Shown in pieces: positions 1 through 13,900 of a stretch of 64,000 nt of DNA (the stretch's first letter is position 1; every line of letters begins with the position of its first letter). Under the pieces are notes generated by a model. It saw only the letters and a list, made by a program, of their open reading frames with translations, had not been told where the DNA came from and ran no database searches. The stretch lies in assembly GCF_009914755.1 (NCBI RefSeq), contig NC_060947.1; one strand, 5' to 3'. Position numbers and translations under genes: made by a program. The DNA comes from the human T2T-CHM13v2.0 reference genome, Homo sapiens.

Positions 1-86
1 ATACAGTGCAGAAAGAACAGTGTCTTCAATACATGCTGCTGGAAAAGATGCAATATTATTTACATGCAATAGAGTAAAATTAGACC

Positions 87-181
87 AGCAAACCACCATA
101 TCACACGTTTACATATGTAACAAACCTGCACATCCTGCACATGTACCCCAGAACTTAAAATAAAAATATTTTTTAAAAAAA
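87..181 (+). mobile_element. Very short 5'-truncated L1PA 3' end nested in the older L1
   Basis: gtaacaaacctgcacatcctgcacatgtaccccagaacttaaaataaaa plus A tail; flanked by the degenerate TSD taaaattagacc / taaaattgcacc. Confidence 0.8.
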
Positions 182-569
182 TAAAATTGCACCATTTTTC
201 ACCACACAGAAAAATCAACTTCACTTGAATTGAAGACTTAGTGGTAAGAACTGAAACCATAAAACACCTACCAAAAAATAAAATAAAAAACAGGAAAAAA
301 AAACTTGAAATTGGTCTTGACAATTGTTTTTTGAAGATGGCACCACAAGCTCAGGCAAAAAAAGCAAAAAATAAACAAGGAGGATTGTATCAACTAAAAT
401 GATCTAGCACACTAAAGCAAACAATGAACAAAATCAAAAGGCACTTTAAAGAATAGGAGAAAATACTTGCAAATGATACATCTAATAAAAAGTTAATGTC
501 AAATATATACAAGAAAACCATAAAACTGAATATCAAACAAAGTGAATTAACACATTAATTTGGGCAAAG

Positions 570-706
570 AAAAAAATAACTAATGGGTACTAGGCTTAAT
601 AGCTGGGAGATGAAATAATCTGTATAACAAACACCTATGACACAAGTTTACTTGTGTAACAAACCTACGCTTGTACCCCTCAACTTAAAATAAAAGTCAA
701 AAAAAG
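570..706 (+). mobile_element. Short L1PA (old PA13-16 type) 3' end nested in the older L1
   Basis: taatgggtactaggcttaat...gtaacaaacc...aacttaaaataaaag; TSD core tgggcaaag at 561-569 and about 707-715. Confidence 0.8.
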
Positions 707-1796
707 TGGGCAAAGCACCTGAATGGACATTTCTTCAACTAAAACATATAAATGGCCAATAGGTATATAAAAAGATGATGAATATCATTAATTATCAGAA
801 AAATGTAAACTAAAATCTCAGTAGGATATCACATTACATATTTTAGGATGACTATTATTTAAAAAGTAAACAAGTATTGGTTCAAACGTGGAAAAAAGGG
901 AATCCTTGTGTACTGTTGGTGGAAATGTAAATTGGCACAGCCATTATAGAAAACAGTTGGAGATTTCTCAAGAAATTAAAAAGATAACTACTATATGTTC
1001 CATCCACTCCAATACTGGACATATACTTAAAGGATATAAAATTACTATACCTAGGAGATATTTGCACTTTCATGTTTATTGCAGCATTATTCTCAAGAGC
1101 CAAGATATGTAATCTACCTAAACATTTATTGATGCATAAATGAATTTAAAAACTGTGATATATATATGCATATATATGTGTGTATTACATATATATCACA
1201 TATACATGAATCACATATATATGAACACATTTACACATAAGAATATAATTTGGCTTCATACACAGAAGAAATCCTGTCATTAGCAACAACGTGGATGGAA
1301 CTGGAAGACATTATGTTAAGCAAAGGAAGCCAGGCACAAAGAGGCAAACTTCACATATTCTCACTCATTTGTGGGAGGTAAAAGTTAAAACAGTTGAACT
1401 CATGGAGATAGAGAGTATAATGATGGTTACCATAAAAGCATATATAAAATTATTTTATAAATAATAAATTAATAAAAGTGTCTATATAAACTCTGTTTTT
1501 CATAATTCATTAATGAAACACAATCATATTAAAGGGAGGCATCTAAATAAGTGCTGTCACTTCCAACAGTTGCTTTAAAAAATAAACATTCAATATACTA
1601 ATTCTGCTTTGTTCTAAAACTTGGCTTTTTTTGTAATTGGTGGAATGTGAAAAAGAGGGAAAAGTTTTCCCTCCAGCCAATTTTAAATGTTTTTTATTAT
1701 ACAAAACTTTTAAACATATACCTAAGTACACAAAATAATCTAATGAAACCTAATATGCCCACCATCTGCATCAACAATTTTCAAGTCATGACTAAT

Positions 1797-3688
<1,892 letters not shown>

Positions 3689-4049
3689 AATCTATTACTC
3701 TACTACTTCCTATATTATTTTGAAGCAATTTCCAGGAATTGCAAATATGTCAGTAAATACCTCTCAAAGATGAGGACTCTTTATTATTTAAAATAATTGT
3801 GGTACTATTTTAATGCTTTAAAAATAAAATTATCAATTACTTCATATTATAAAATATGCAGTCAGTGTAAATTATTCAATTGCCTCATAAATATCATAAT
3901 TTTTCTCAGTTTATTGGTTTTGTTGAATCTGTCTCCAAAATACCTTCATATATTGCAAATGGTTGATATATCTCTAAAGTCTCTTTTAAATTTTAGTTCC
4001 TTTTTTGTGCAATCTATTGATAGAGACTAAGATATTTGTCCAAAGACAC

Positions 4050-4203
4050 ATATTTAAAATATTAGTTTTATTGAGGTATAATTTACATATAAATTCAATT
4101 TTGGGTGAATAATTCAATGAACTTAGACAAATGACCACATAATTACCACCACAGTAATAATATATAGAGCATTTCTATTAACCCTGAAAGTTCTCTTGTG
4201 CTC
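4050..4203 (-). mobile_element. Old L1MC/ME-like 3' UTR, left part (resumes at about 7015-7260)
   Basis: tttattgaggtataatttacata...ccctgaaagttctcttgtgctc; the continuation ttgtgctcctttgaaatcaatctcc lies at 7016. Confidence 0.7.
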
Positions 4204-4214
4204 ATTTTTAAAAA

Positions 4215-4400
4215 ATACTCATGGCTATTATTTATTACAGTGAAAGGATGGAAGGCAAAATTAACAATGAAAAAAGGTGCATGTGGCAAAATCTTGAGGA
4301 AATCAGGTATAAGCTTCCAAAAGTCCTCTCCCAGTATTGTTGCACAGGAGTAAATTAATTCCTTCTGTGTGGAGTAGTGACAGCACATACAAAATGTTGT
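4215..4400 (-). mobile_element. MER21-like LTR fragment including its AATAAA
   Basis: actcatggctattatttattacagtgaaagga...aagcttccaaaagtcctctcccagt matches the recalled MER21 consensus; AATAAA on the minus strand at 4231-4236. Confidence 0.75.
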
Positions 4401-4404
4401 GGGG

Positions 4405-7014
4405 TTTATTCAACTTATCTTAGATTCAGTGGGTACATGTGGAGGATTGTTACTTGGGTATACTACGTGAGGCTGATGTTTGGGGTATGAATTATCCTGT
4501 CACCAAGGTACTCAGCATAATACGTGACAGCTAGTTTTCCAACTCTTGTGTCCCTCCCTAGCTTCCCCCTCTAACAGTCTCCAGTGTCTATTGTTGCCAT
4601 CTTTATGTCCTCGAGTGCCCAATGTTTAGCTACCACTTATAAGAGAGAACATGCAGTATTTGGTTTTCTGTTCTCAGATGGATTTGCTTAAGATATGTCC
4701 TCCAGCTGCATCTATGTTGCTGCAAAGAATATTTTTTATGACTGCATAGTATTCTGTGGTATACATATACTATATATTTTTTATCTAATCCACTATTGAT
4801 GGGCACCTAGGTTGATTTCATATCTTTGCTTTTGTGAATAGTGCCATGAGGAACATACACATGCATGTGCCTTTTTGGTATAATGATCTATATTTGTTTG
4901 GTTATAGACCCAGTAATAGGATTGCTGTGTTGAATGATAGCTCTGTTTTAAAGTATTTGAGAAATCTCCAGAGTGCTTTCCACAGAAGCTGAACTAATTA
5001 ACATTCCCACCAACAGTGTATAAGCATTCTTTTTTCTCCATGGACTTGCCAGTATCTGCTCTTTTTTTTTTGATTTTTTAATAGTAGCCATTCTGACTGG
5101 TTTGAGATGGTATCTCATTGCAGTTTTGATTTGCATTTCTCTAAGAATAGTGATATTGAGCATTTTTCAAATGTTTGTTAACCACTTGTATGTCTTATTT
5201 TGAAAAGTGTCTGTTCATTTTTTTGCCCACTTTTAATGGAGTTATTTGTTTTTTTACTTGTTCAATTGTTTAAATTCCTTATTCATTCTGGATATTAGAC
5301 GTTTGTCTATCTGTAATTTGTGAATATCTTCTCCCATTCTGCAGCTTACCTGTTTACCCTGTTGGGGGTTTCTGCTGCTGTGCAGAAGTTCTTTAGCTTA
5401 GTTAGGTCCCACTTTTCCATTTTTTGTTTTGTTGCAGTTGTTTCTCAAGACTTAGTCATGAATCATTTTATCAACGCTGATGTCCAGAGTGGTGTTTCTG
5501 CAGTTTTCTTTGTGCATTTTTATAGTTTGATATCCTTTACATTTAAAACTTTAATCCATCTTGAGACAATTTTTGCATATCGTGAAAGGTAGGTGTACCG
5601 TTTTATTCTTCTGTTTATGGATAGCTAACTATGCCAGCATAATTTATTGAATAGGAAGTCCTTTCCACAGTGCTTATTTTTTTTCAGCTTTGTCAAAGAA
5701 TAGATAGTAGTGGCTGTGAAGCTTTTATTTCTTGGTTCTCTATTTTGTTACATTTGTCTACAAATCTTGTTTTGTACCAGTACCGTGCTGTTTTGGTTAC
5801 TGAAGCCTCGTAGTGTAGTTTGAAGTCCCATAATGTGATGCCTCCAGCTTTGGACTTTTTGTTTGTTGCTTTTGCTTAGGATTGCTTTGCCTATTCAGGC
5901 TTATTTTTTTGTTTCCATATTATTTTTAGAATAGTGTTACCAATTCTGTGAAAATTGGCATTGGTAGTTTGATAGAAATAGCATTGAATATAAAAATTGC
6001 TTTGAGGAGTGTGGCCATTTTGATGATATTGATTCTTTTAATCCATGAGTATGAAATGTATTTCTATTTGTTTGTGTCTTCTGAAATTCCCTTACTTATT
6101 CCATGAAGCCAGTATTACCCTGATATGAAAACCTGGCAAAAACACAACAAATAAGGAAAACTACAGGCCAATATCCTTGATAAACACATATGCAAAAATA
6201 CTCAACAAAATACTGTCAGGTTGTTGCAAAAGTAATTTGGTTTCTTGCCATTACTTTACCTTTAGTGGCAAAAAAAGCCAATGACTTTTGCACCAACATA
6301 ATAACAAACTGGATTCAACAGCACATCAAAAAGTTAATTCACCATGGTCAAATAGGCTTCATTCCTGGGATAAAAGGTTGTTTCAACATATGCAAACCAA
6401 TAAACGTGATTTATCACATAAACACAATTTAAAACAAAGATCATATAATCATCTCAATAGATTCAAAAAAAGCTTTTGGTAAATCCAATATCACTTCGTA
6501 ATAAAACCCTCAATAAACTAGGCATTTAGGAAACATAACTCAAAATAATAAAAAAAAATCTGTGACAAACCCACCGTCAACATCACACTGAATGGGCAAA
6601 AACCGGAAGCATTTCCCTTGAGAACTGGAACAAGACAAGGATGCCCACTTTTACCACTCTTATTCAACATAGTTCTAGAAGTCTTAGCCAACGCCATCAG
6701 GTAAGAGAAAGAAATAAAAGGCATCTGCATTGCAAAATAAGAAGTCTTATTATCTCTCTTTGTTGACAACATGATTCCATACCTAGAAAAACCTAAAGAC
6801 TCTACAAAAAAGGCTATTAGAACAGATAAACAATTTTAGCAAAGTTTCAGGATACAAAATCAATGTACAAATATCAGTAGCATTTCTATACATCAATAAA
6901 GTTAAAGTTGTGTGCCAAATCAAGAATGCAATCACATTTACAGGAACAACACAAAAAATAAAATACCTGGGAATACATCTACCCAAGGAGGTTAAAGATC
7001 TCTATGAGAAGAAA
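4405..7014 (-). mobile_element. L1PA16-like element with 5' inversion (antisense 4405-6085, sense 6086-7014)
   Basis: Antisense 3' UTR and ORF2 run to gtgtcttctgaaatt, then plus-strand ORF2 RT region runs to gatctctatgagaagaaact. These two ends are near-adjacent in the L1 consensus. Confidence 0.88.
6216..6301. mobile_element. MADE1 MITE (Hsmar1-derived, Tc1/mariner)
   Basis: Palindromic tcaggttgttgcaaaagtaatt...aatgacttttgcaccaacataa, with TA on the right flank (TG on the left), inside L1 ORF2. Confidence 0.9.
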
Positions 7015-8654
7015 CTTGTGCTCCTTTGAAATCAATCTCCTCTGTTTTGTCAACCACTGATGTGGATTTTATCATCATACTTCTTCCCTTTCAAGGATTA
7101 CTTTCAAGTGTAATTTTACAGTATGTAGCCTTTTGTGACTAGCTTCTTAAACTTTGCATAATACTTTTGAGATTTATTCATGTTATTGCATGTTTCAGTA
7201 GTCATTCATTTTCACTGGTACACCGACCATATTCCATTGTGTGGATTAACCACAAAAAGCACTTTTTATTTTACAATATAGGTTACCTAAGCAAAAATAT
7301 TTTTGCCAATATGTTGTTTTTGTCTCATTTGGATAGAGATAGTCATAACCACGAAGTTAAAAAGAAAATAAATGCAATCACCTGGTTTATAAAATTACAT
7401 TGATATTTCTTTCTATAGTGTCTACAGTTAATCTCAATATGGCTTTCTAAATACAACTCTAAAGTGTGCAGCAATAATAAATAATAATAAGCTTGAGAGT
7501 ATGATAGCTTTATTATGAAGCTTTATAGTCTTTTTCAAAGACATACTGAAGTACAGCTTTTAGGAAATTCTTTATGATTGTGAAAATCTGCAGATAAGAC
7601 TATTGTAATCAACTGGAGAATTTCTTCTAAGCAAAAAGATTCTAGCAAACACATTTTAGAAAGAGATTTATAAACAGAGCCAGGTTGTGCTCCAAATGAC
7701 TGAATTCAAAAATCAGAATTATCATTTTTGTAAGTCTGAAGTATGAGCAAATACTGAATTCCTAGCAAGAGATGCTGAATTATCAATCACTCACTGTTGC
7801 CTCTTTATGAAATGTAGATTAAAAGATGGCGATAGAATGGACTAGCCCATGAACAGAGTCTTAGGATACTAAAGTTAAAAAAAAATACTGAAAATCAGAT
7901 ATGTGTGTTTGAAGTGACTCACATATAGAATGCTGATTCAAATAGAACTTTTGCTTGATATTCAGTATAAAATAAAATAATACATTTCTAGCAGATTTAT
8001 ATTGTTCGTATATAGGTATTTTTATTATGTTTCTTCAGTATGTCATTTTTCTCTTCAGTGTATTAGTTTTACAAATTAATACCCCTTATTTTCCAATTAT
8101 AGAAATTTTCCAGATTTAATCTACTTTATGCAGCATTAAAAGAGATCCAATTATAATAAATTAAATACAATAAGAAGACATCTTAAGTTTATGTAATTTT
8201 CAGGAAAATGATTCAATAGATTATCAAAGGGAGATTAAACAAAAATAGGAAATATTTTATTTTTCTCGATTTCTTTGGTTTAGGTTTCTAAACACAAAAT
8301 TTATAAGACTAAAAGAACATCCCAAGATTTTAAGGCCAAAGAAAAACGGATTTAAAAGGTAGCATGGGAATGCATAGCATAAAACCCTACTGAAAGAAGT
8401 AGAATATCAAGTTTGTTTTCTTTCTCCTTCATGAGCTAGTGTTGAATATCTTTCATTTCTTGGAGAGCAAAAGATAAAAAGAAAAAAAAAGTTTCCTTAA
8501 TAGTGATGAAAACAAATAACTTTCCTTATATCTTTACTTCTCTTTATTTCTCTGGGTCAGTACAAGAATGGCTCACTAAGAAAGTGATATAATAGTGAGA
8601 AACTGTGAAGCCAAAGTAGGTTGCCTGATTCTGTCTCAGGAGACAGTTTAAAAG

Positions 8655-8810
8655 ACAGATTTCCAGGTGGCTCACTCTCATGCCTGGCAAGTTTGGCTCT
8701 GGGTGTTGACAGGAGTCCTCACTTTGTCTACATATGGACCTCTACATAGGCAGTTTTAGTGTCCTCAAGACATGAGGGCTTGTTTCTTCCAGAGGAAATG
8801 ATCCAAGACC
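8655..8810. mobile_element. MLT1 (MaLR) LTR fragment
   Basis: ggtggctcactctcatgcctggcaag...gtgtcctcaagacatg...ttccagaggaaatgatccaag resembles old MLT1 LTRs. Confidence 0.55.
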
Positions 8811-9647
8811 CAGTTTTATCCTTTCAGTTGTGAAAACGTTGACAACAAAACAAAACAAGCACATTCCACTAACATCTGCAGTTGTGGCTACAGAGCAATT
8901 AAAATCTGACTATTTTGAATGAAGTTCTTTTTTTTTAATTTGTAACATTTTCTAAATGAGGGTTTCTATTTTCATCCATATATTTGTAGCTGTAATGATA
9001 TAGTCCCTCTTTTTTCAAGCTTTCCATGATTTAAAAACACTAGTATTATAATTTTGATGCTATTTATGAACTCCTAAGTTACACATTTAGAGAACTGATT
9101 TATTTATGTCAATATTCAGTATGGTAATACTTAGTGTGTAGCTGATATTTCCTGATTATGAGTTTGTCTTTGGTCCTTTGTTGTCCCTATCTAGTCTTTT
9201 TTCTAAGCTCAAATTTTCTTTTAAAGCTATCATACTCTCAAGAAGCTGCCCCTCAAGTTAAATTATTTCTTTCAGCAAGATTGTCTCCAAAGTCATAGAA
9301 AAAATAGACAGTAATGGAAAATAGTAAAAATTCATTCCAAATACTGTCCTGTCACCAATAAAATATTGTTATTTGAATCCATTCACATTTTCCTATAATA
9401 TTTCAGGAGACTAAATAACCTTTCTCTAGACTAAGCCTAATATTTTATCTTTTCAGAATCTGACCTTTTGTCTCATTCTCATTAGGAAGTTGGGCAAATG
9501 GTTTACTGAGAGGAAAGAAGTTTAGGGCATGGCTCCATCTACTATTATTTTCTTTTAGGTTATTTTTTTTCTTTCTCTCTGCTCTCTCTGCTGATATATT
9601 GAGTATCTTCCATCTGAAAAGAAAGCAAAAAGAAAAACAATTAAAAT

Positions 9648-10433
9648 GGTCATTTGTATATCTTCTTTTTAGAATTGTCTATTCATGTCCTTACCCCACT
9701 TTTTGATGGGATTGATTGTTTTTCTCTTACTGATTTGTTGAGTTCATTGTAGATTCTGAATATTAGTCCTTTGTCAGATGTATAGATTGTGAAGATTTTC
9801 TCCCACTCTGTGGGTTGTTTGTTTACTCTGCTGACTGTTCCTTTTGCTATGGAAAAGCACTTTAGTTTAATTAAGTCCCAACTATTTATCTTTGTTTTTA
9901 TTGCATTTTCTTGGGGTTCTTGGTCATGAAATTCTTTCCTAAGCCAATGTCTAGAAGGGTTTTTCCAATGTTATCTTTTAGAATTTTTATAGTTTCAGGT
10001 CTTAGATTTAAGTTCTTAATTAAACATATGAAAAAATGCTCAGCATCACTAATGAACAGGGAAATGCAAACCAAAACCACAATGTGATACCACCTTACTC
10101 CTGCAAGGATGGCCATAATCAAAAAATAAAGGAAAAAAAAAAAACAGTAGATGTTGGCATGGATGTGATGATCAGTGAACACTTCTACACTGCTGGTGGG
10201 AATGTATACACTATGGAAAACAGTGTGAAGATTCCTTAAAGAACTAAAAGTAGAACTACCATTTGATCCTGCGAACCCACTACTGGGTATCTACCTAGAG
10301 GAAAAAAAGTCATTATATGAAAAAGATAGTGCACACACATGTTTATAGCAGCACAATTCACAATTGCAAAATCGGGGACCCAACCCAAATGCCCATCAAT
10401 CAGCGAGTGGATAAAGAAACTGGCATGCATATG

Positions 10434-10465
<32 letters not shown>

Positions 10466-10890
10466 CACACATATATATATACACATATACATATATATAT
10501 ACACATATACATATATATATATGATGGAATACTACTCAGCCATAAAAAGGAATGTATTAACAACATTTGCAGTGACCTGGATGAGATTGGAGACTATTAT
10601 TCTAAGTGAAGTGACTCAGGAATGAAAAACCATACATTGTATGTTCTCACTGACATGTGGGAGCTAAGCTATGAGAATGCAAGGGCATAAGAATGATACA
10701 ATGGACTTTGCGGACTTGGGGGAAGAGTGGGAGTGGGGCAAGGGATAAAAGAGTGCATATATGGTGCAGTGTATACTGCTCAGGTGATGAGTGCACCAAA
10801 ATTTCACAAATCACCAGTAAAGAACTTACTCGGGTAACCAAATACCACCTGTACCCCAATAACTTATGGAAAAATTTTAAAAAATACAAT
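9648..10890 (+). mobile_element. L1PB with 5' inversion (antisense 9648-10020, sense 10021-10890)
   Basis: L1PB 3' end (gtgcaccaaaatttcacaaatcaccagtaaagaactt); TSD about acaattaaaatg at ~9637 and acaattaaatg at ~10886; the inversion ends are adjacent in L1. Confidence 0.9.
10425..10522. repeat. (TA)n/(CA)n microsatellite within L1PB
   Basis: Direct inspection. Confidence 0.95.
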
Positions 10891-10995
10891 TAAATGAACA
10901 AAAAATCACTTGCAGTGAATCTGTCTGTAGTCTACTCTACTTATTACCTTAGGCACCTTTCCATTGATAGTCAAGGTTTAAAATAAAAATAGAGG

Positions 10996-13900
10996 TTTAG
11001 CTTCCATTTCTAAGTGAGAACATGAAGTATTTGCTTTTTTTTTTCCTGCATTCGTTTGCTTAGAATAATGACCTTCAGCTCCATTCATGTTGCTGCAAAG
11101 GACATTATCTCATTCCTTTTTATGGATGCATAGTATTCCATGGTGCATATGTATGATATTTTATTTTCCAGTCTACCACCAATGAGCATTTTGGTTGATT
11201 CCATGTCTTTGCTATTGTAAATCATACAGTAATGAACATATGCATGCATATGTCATTGTGGTAGAAATATTTATATTCCTTTGAGTACATATGCAATAAT
11301 GGGATTACTAATAATTCTGGTTTGAATTCTTTGAAAATTGCTATACTGCTTTCAACAATGACTGAACTAATTTAAATTCCCACCAGCAGTGTATAAGCAT
11401 CCCCTTTGCTTGCAACCTTGCCAAAATCTGTTACTTTTTAATAATAGCCATTCTGACTGCTGTGAGATGATATCTGTCATTTTGATTTGTATTTCTCTAT
11501 TGATTAGTAATGTTGAGCATTTCTTCATATGCTTCTTGCCCACGTGTAGGTTTGTTTTGAAGAGTCTGTTTGTGTCCTTTGCCCACTTTTTAATAGGGTT
11601 TTGTGTTTTCTGCTTTTTAATTTAAGTTCCATATATGTTCTGGATGTTAGAACTTTGTCAGATGCAGTTTGCAAGTATTTTCTCCCATTCTGTAAGCTAT
11701 ATGTTTACTCTGTTTATAATTTATTTTGCTGTGCAGATGTTCTTTGGTTTAATTAGGTCCCATTTGTCAATTTTTCTTTTTGTTAAAATTGCCTTTGGCA
11801 TTTTCATAATTTTTTTTGCAAGGGTCTATATACAGAATGGTATTTCCTAGATTATCTTTCTGTCTTCCTAGTTTTTTATAGTTTTAGGTTTTACATTTAA
11901 GTCTTTAATTTCTCTTTAGCTAACTTTTATATGGTATAAGGAAGGGGTCCAGTTTCAATCTTCTGCCTACGGCTAACCAGTTATCCCAGCACCATTTATT
12001 GAATAGGGAATCCTTTCCCCATTGCTTGTTTTTGTCAGCTTTGCTGAAGATCAGATGGTCACAGGCATGTAGGCTTATTTCTGGGCTCTCTCTTCTGTTG
12101 CATTGGTCTATGTGCCTGTTTTTGTACCACTACCATAATGTTTTGGTTATCATAGCTTTGTAGTATAGTTTGAAGTTGGGTAATGTTATGCCTCCAGGTT
12201 TGCTCTTTTTGTTTAGGATTGCCTTGGCTATTCTGACTGTTTTCTGTTTCAATATGAATTTTTAATTAGTTTTTTTCTAATTCTGCAAAGAATGTCATTG
12301 GTAGTTTAATAGAAATAGCATTGAGTTTTTTTCTTGTAAATTTGTTTAAGTTCCTTGTAGATTCTGGATATTAGCCCTTTGTCAGATGGATAGATTGCAA
12401 AAATTTTCACCCATTCTGTGGGTTGCCTGTTCACTCTGATGATAGTTTCTTTTGCTGTGCAGAAGCTCTTTAGTTTAATTAGATCCCATTCAAGAAAAAA
12501 AAAAAAAACATCAAAAAGTGGGTGAAGAATATGAACAGACACTTCTCAAAATAAGACGTTTATGCAGCCAACAAACAGTTGAAAAAAGCTCATCATTACT
12601 GGTCATTAGAGAAATGCAAATCAAAACCACAATGAGATACAATCTCACACCAGTTAGAATGATGACTATTAAAAAGTCAGGAAACAACAGATACTGTAGA
12701 GGATGTGAAGAAACAGGAATGCTTTTACACTGTTGGTGGGAGTGTAAATTGGGTCAACCATTGTGGGAGACAATGTGGCGATTCCTCAAGGATCTAGACC
12801 CAGAAATACCATTTGACCTGGCAATCCCATTACTGGGTATATATCCAAAGGATTATAAATCATTCTACTATAAAGACACATGCACATGTATGTATATTGC
12901 AGCACTATTCACAATAGCAAAGACTTGGAACCAACTCAGTGCCCATCAATGTTAGACTGGATAAAGAAAATATGGCACATATACACCATGGAATACTATG
13001 CAGCCATAAAAAAGAATAAGTTCGTGTCCTTTGCAGGGACATGGATGAATCTGGAAACCATCATTCTCAGCAAACTAACACAGGAACTCAGAAAAACAAA
13101 CACTGCATGTTCTCACTCATAAGTGGGAGCTGAACAATGAGAACACATGGATATAGGGAGGGGAACATCACACGCTGAGGCCTGTTGGTGGGTGGGGGGC
13201 AAGGGGAGGGAGAGCATCAGGACAAATACCTAAGGCATATGGGGCTTAAAACCTAGATGATGGGTGGATGGGTGCAGCAAACCCCCATGGCACATGTATA
13301 CCTATGTAACAAACCTGCACGTTCTGCACGTGTCCCAGAACTTAAAATATAATAAATAAATTTTAAAAAGTAATAGCATTGAATCTGTAGATTACTTTAG
13401 GAAATATGGCCAATTTAATAATATTGAATATTGCTATTCATGAGCATAGAATATTTTTTCCATTTGTTTTTGTCATCTCTGATTTCTATGCACAGTTTTT
13501 TGCAATTCTCTTTGTAGGGATCTTTTACATCCCTGGTTTGCTGCATTTATACATGTTTAATTCTTTTTGTAGCTATGGTGAAAGGGATTGTGTTCTTGAT
13601 TTGCTCTCATCTTGAACATCATTGATGAATAGAAATGCTACTAATTTTTGTACATTGATTTTATTTCCTGAAATTCTGCTGAAGTTCTTTATCAGATCTA
13701 GAAGCTTTTGAGCAGAGACTATGGGGTTTTTGGCATAGAATCACAACATTGACAATCAGAGATATTTTGACTTCCTCTCTTTCTATTTGGATGTGTTTTA
13801 TTTCTTTATCTTGCCTGATTGCTCTGGCCAAGACTTCTAGTACTATGTAGAATAGAAGTGGTGAGAGTGGCATCTTTCTCTTGTTTTGGTTCTCTAGGGG

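Larger units (their letters stand above)
1..1432 (+). mobile_element. Old L1 (L1MA/L1MB-like) ORF2 3' end and 3' UTR fragments
   Basis: L1 ORF2-end motifs (gtcttcaatacatgctgctggaaaa; actgttggtggaaatgtaaattgg; tggatggaactggaagacattatgttaag). ORF 888-1112 resembles the L1 ORF2 C-terminus. Confidence 0.85.
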
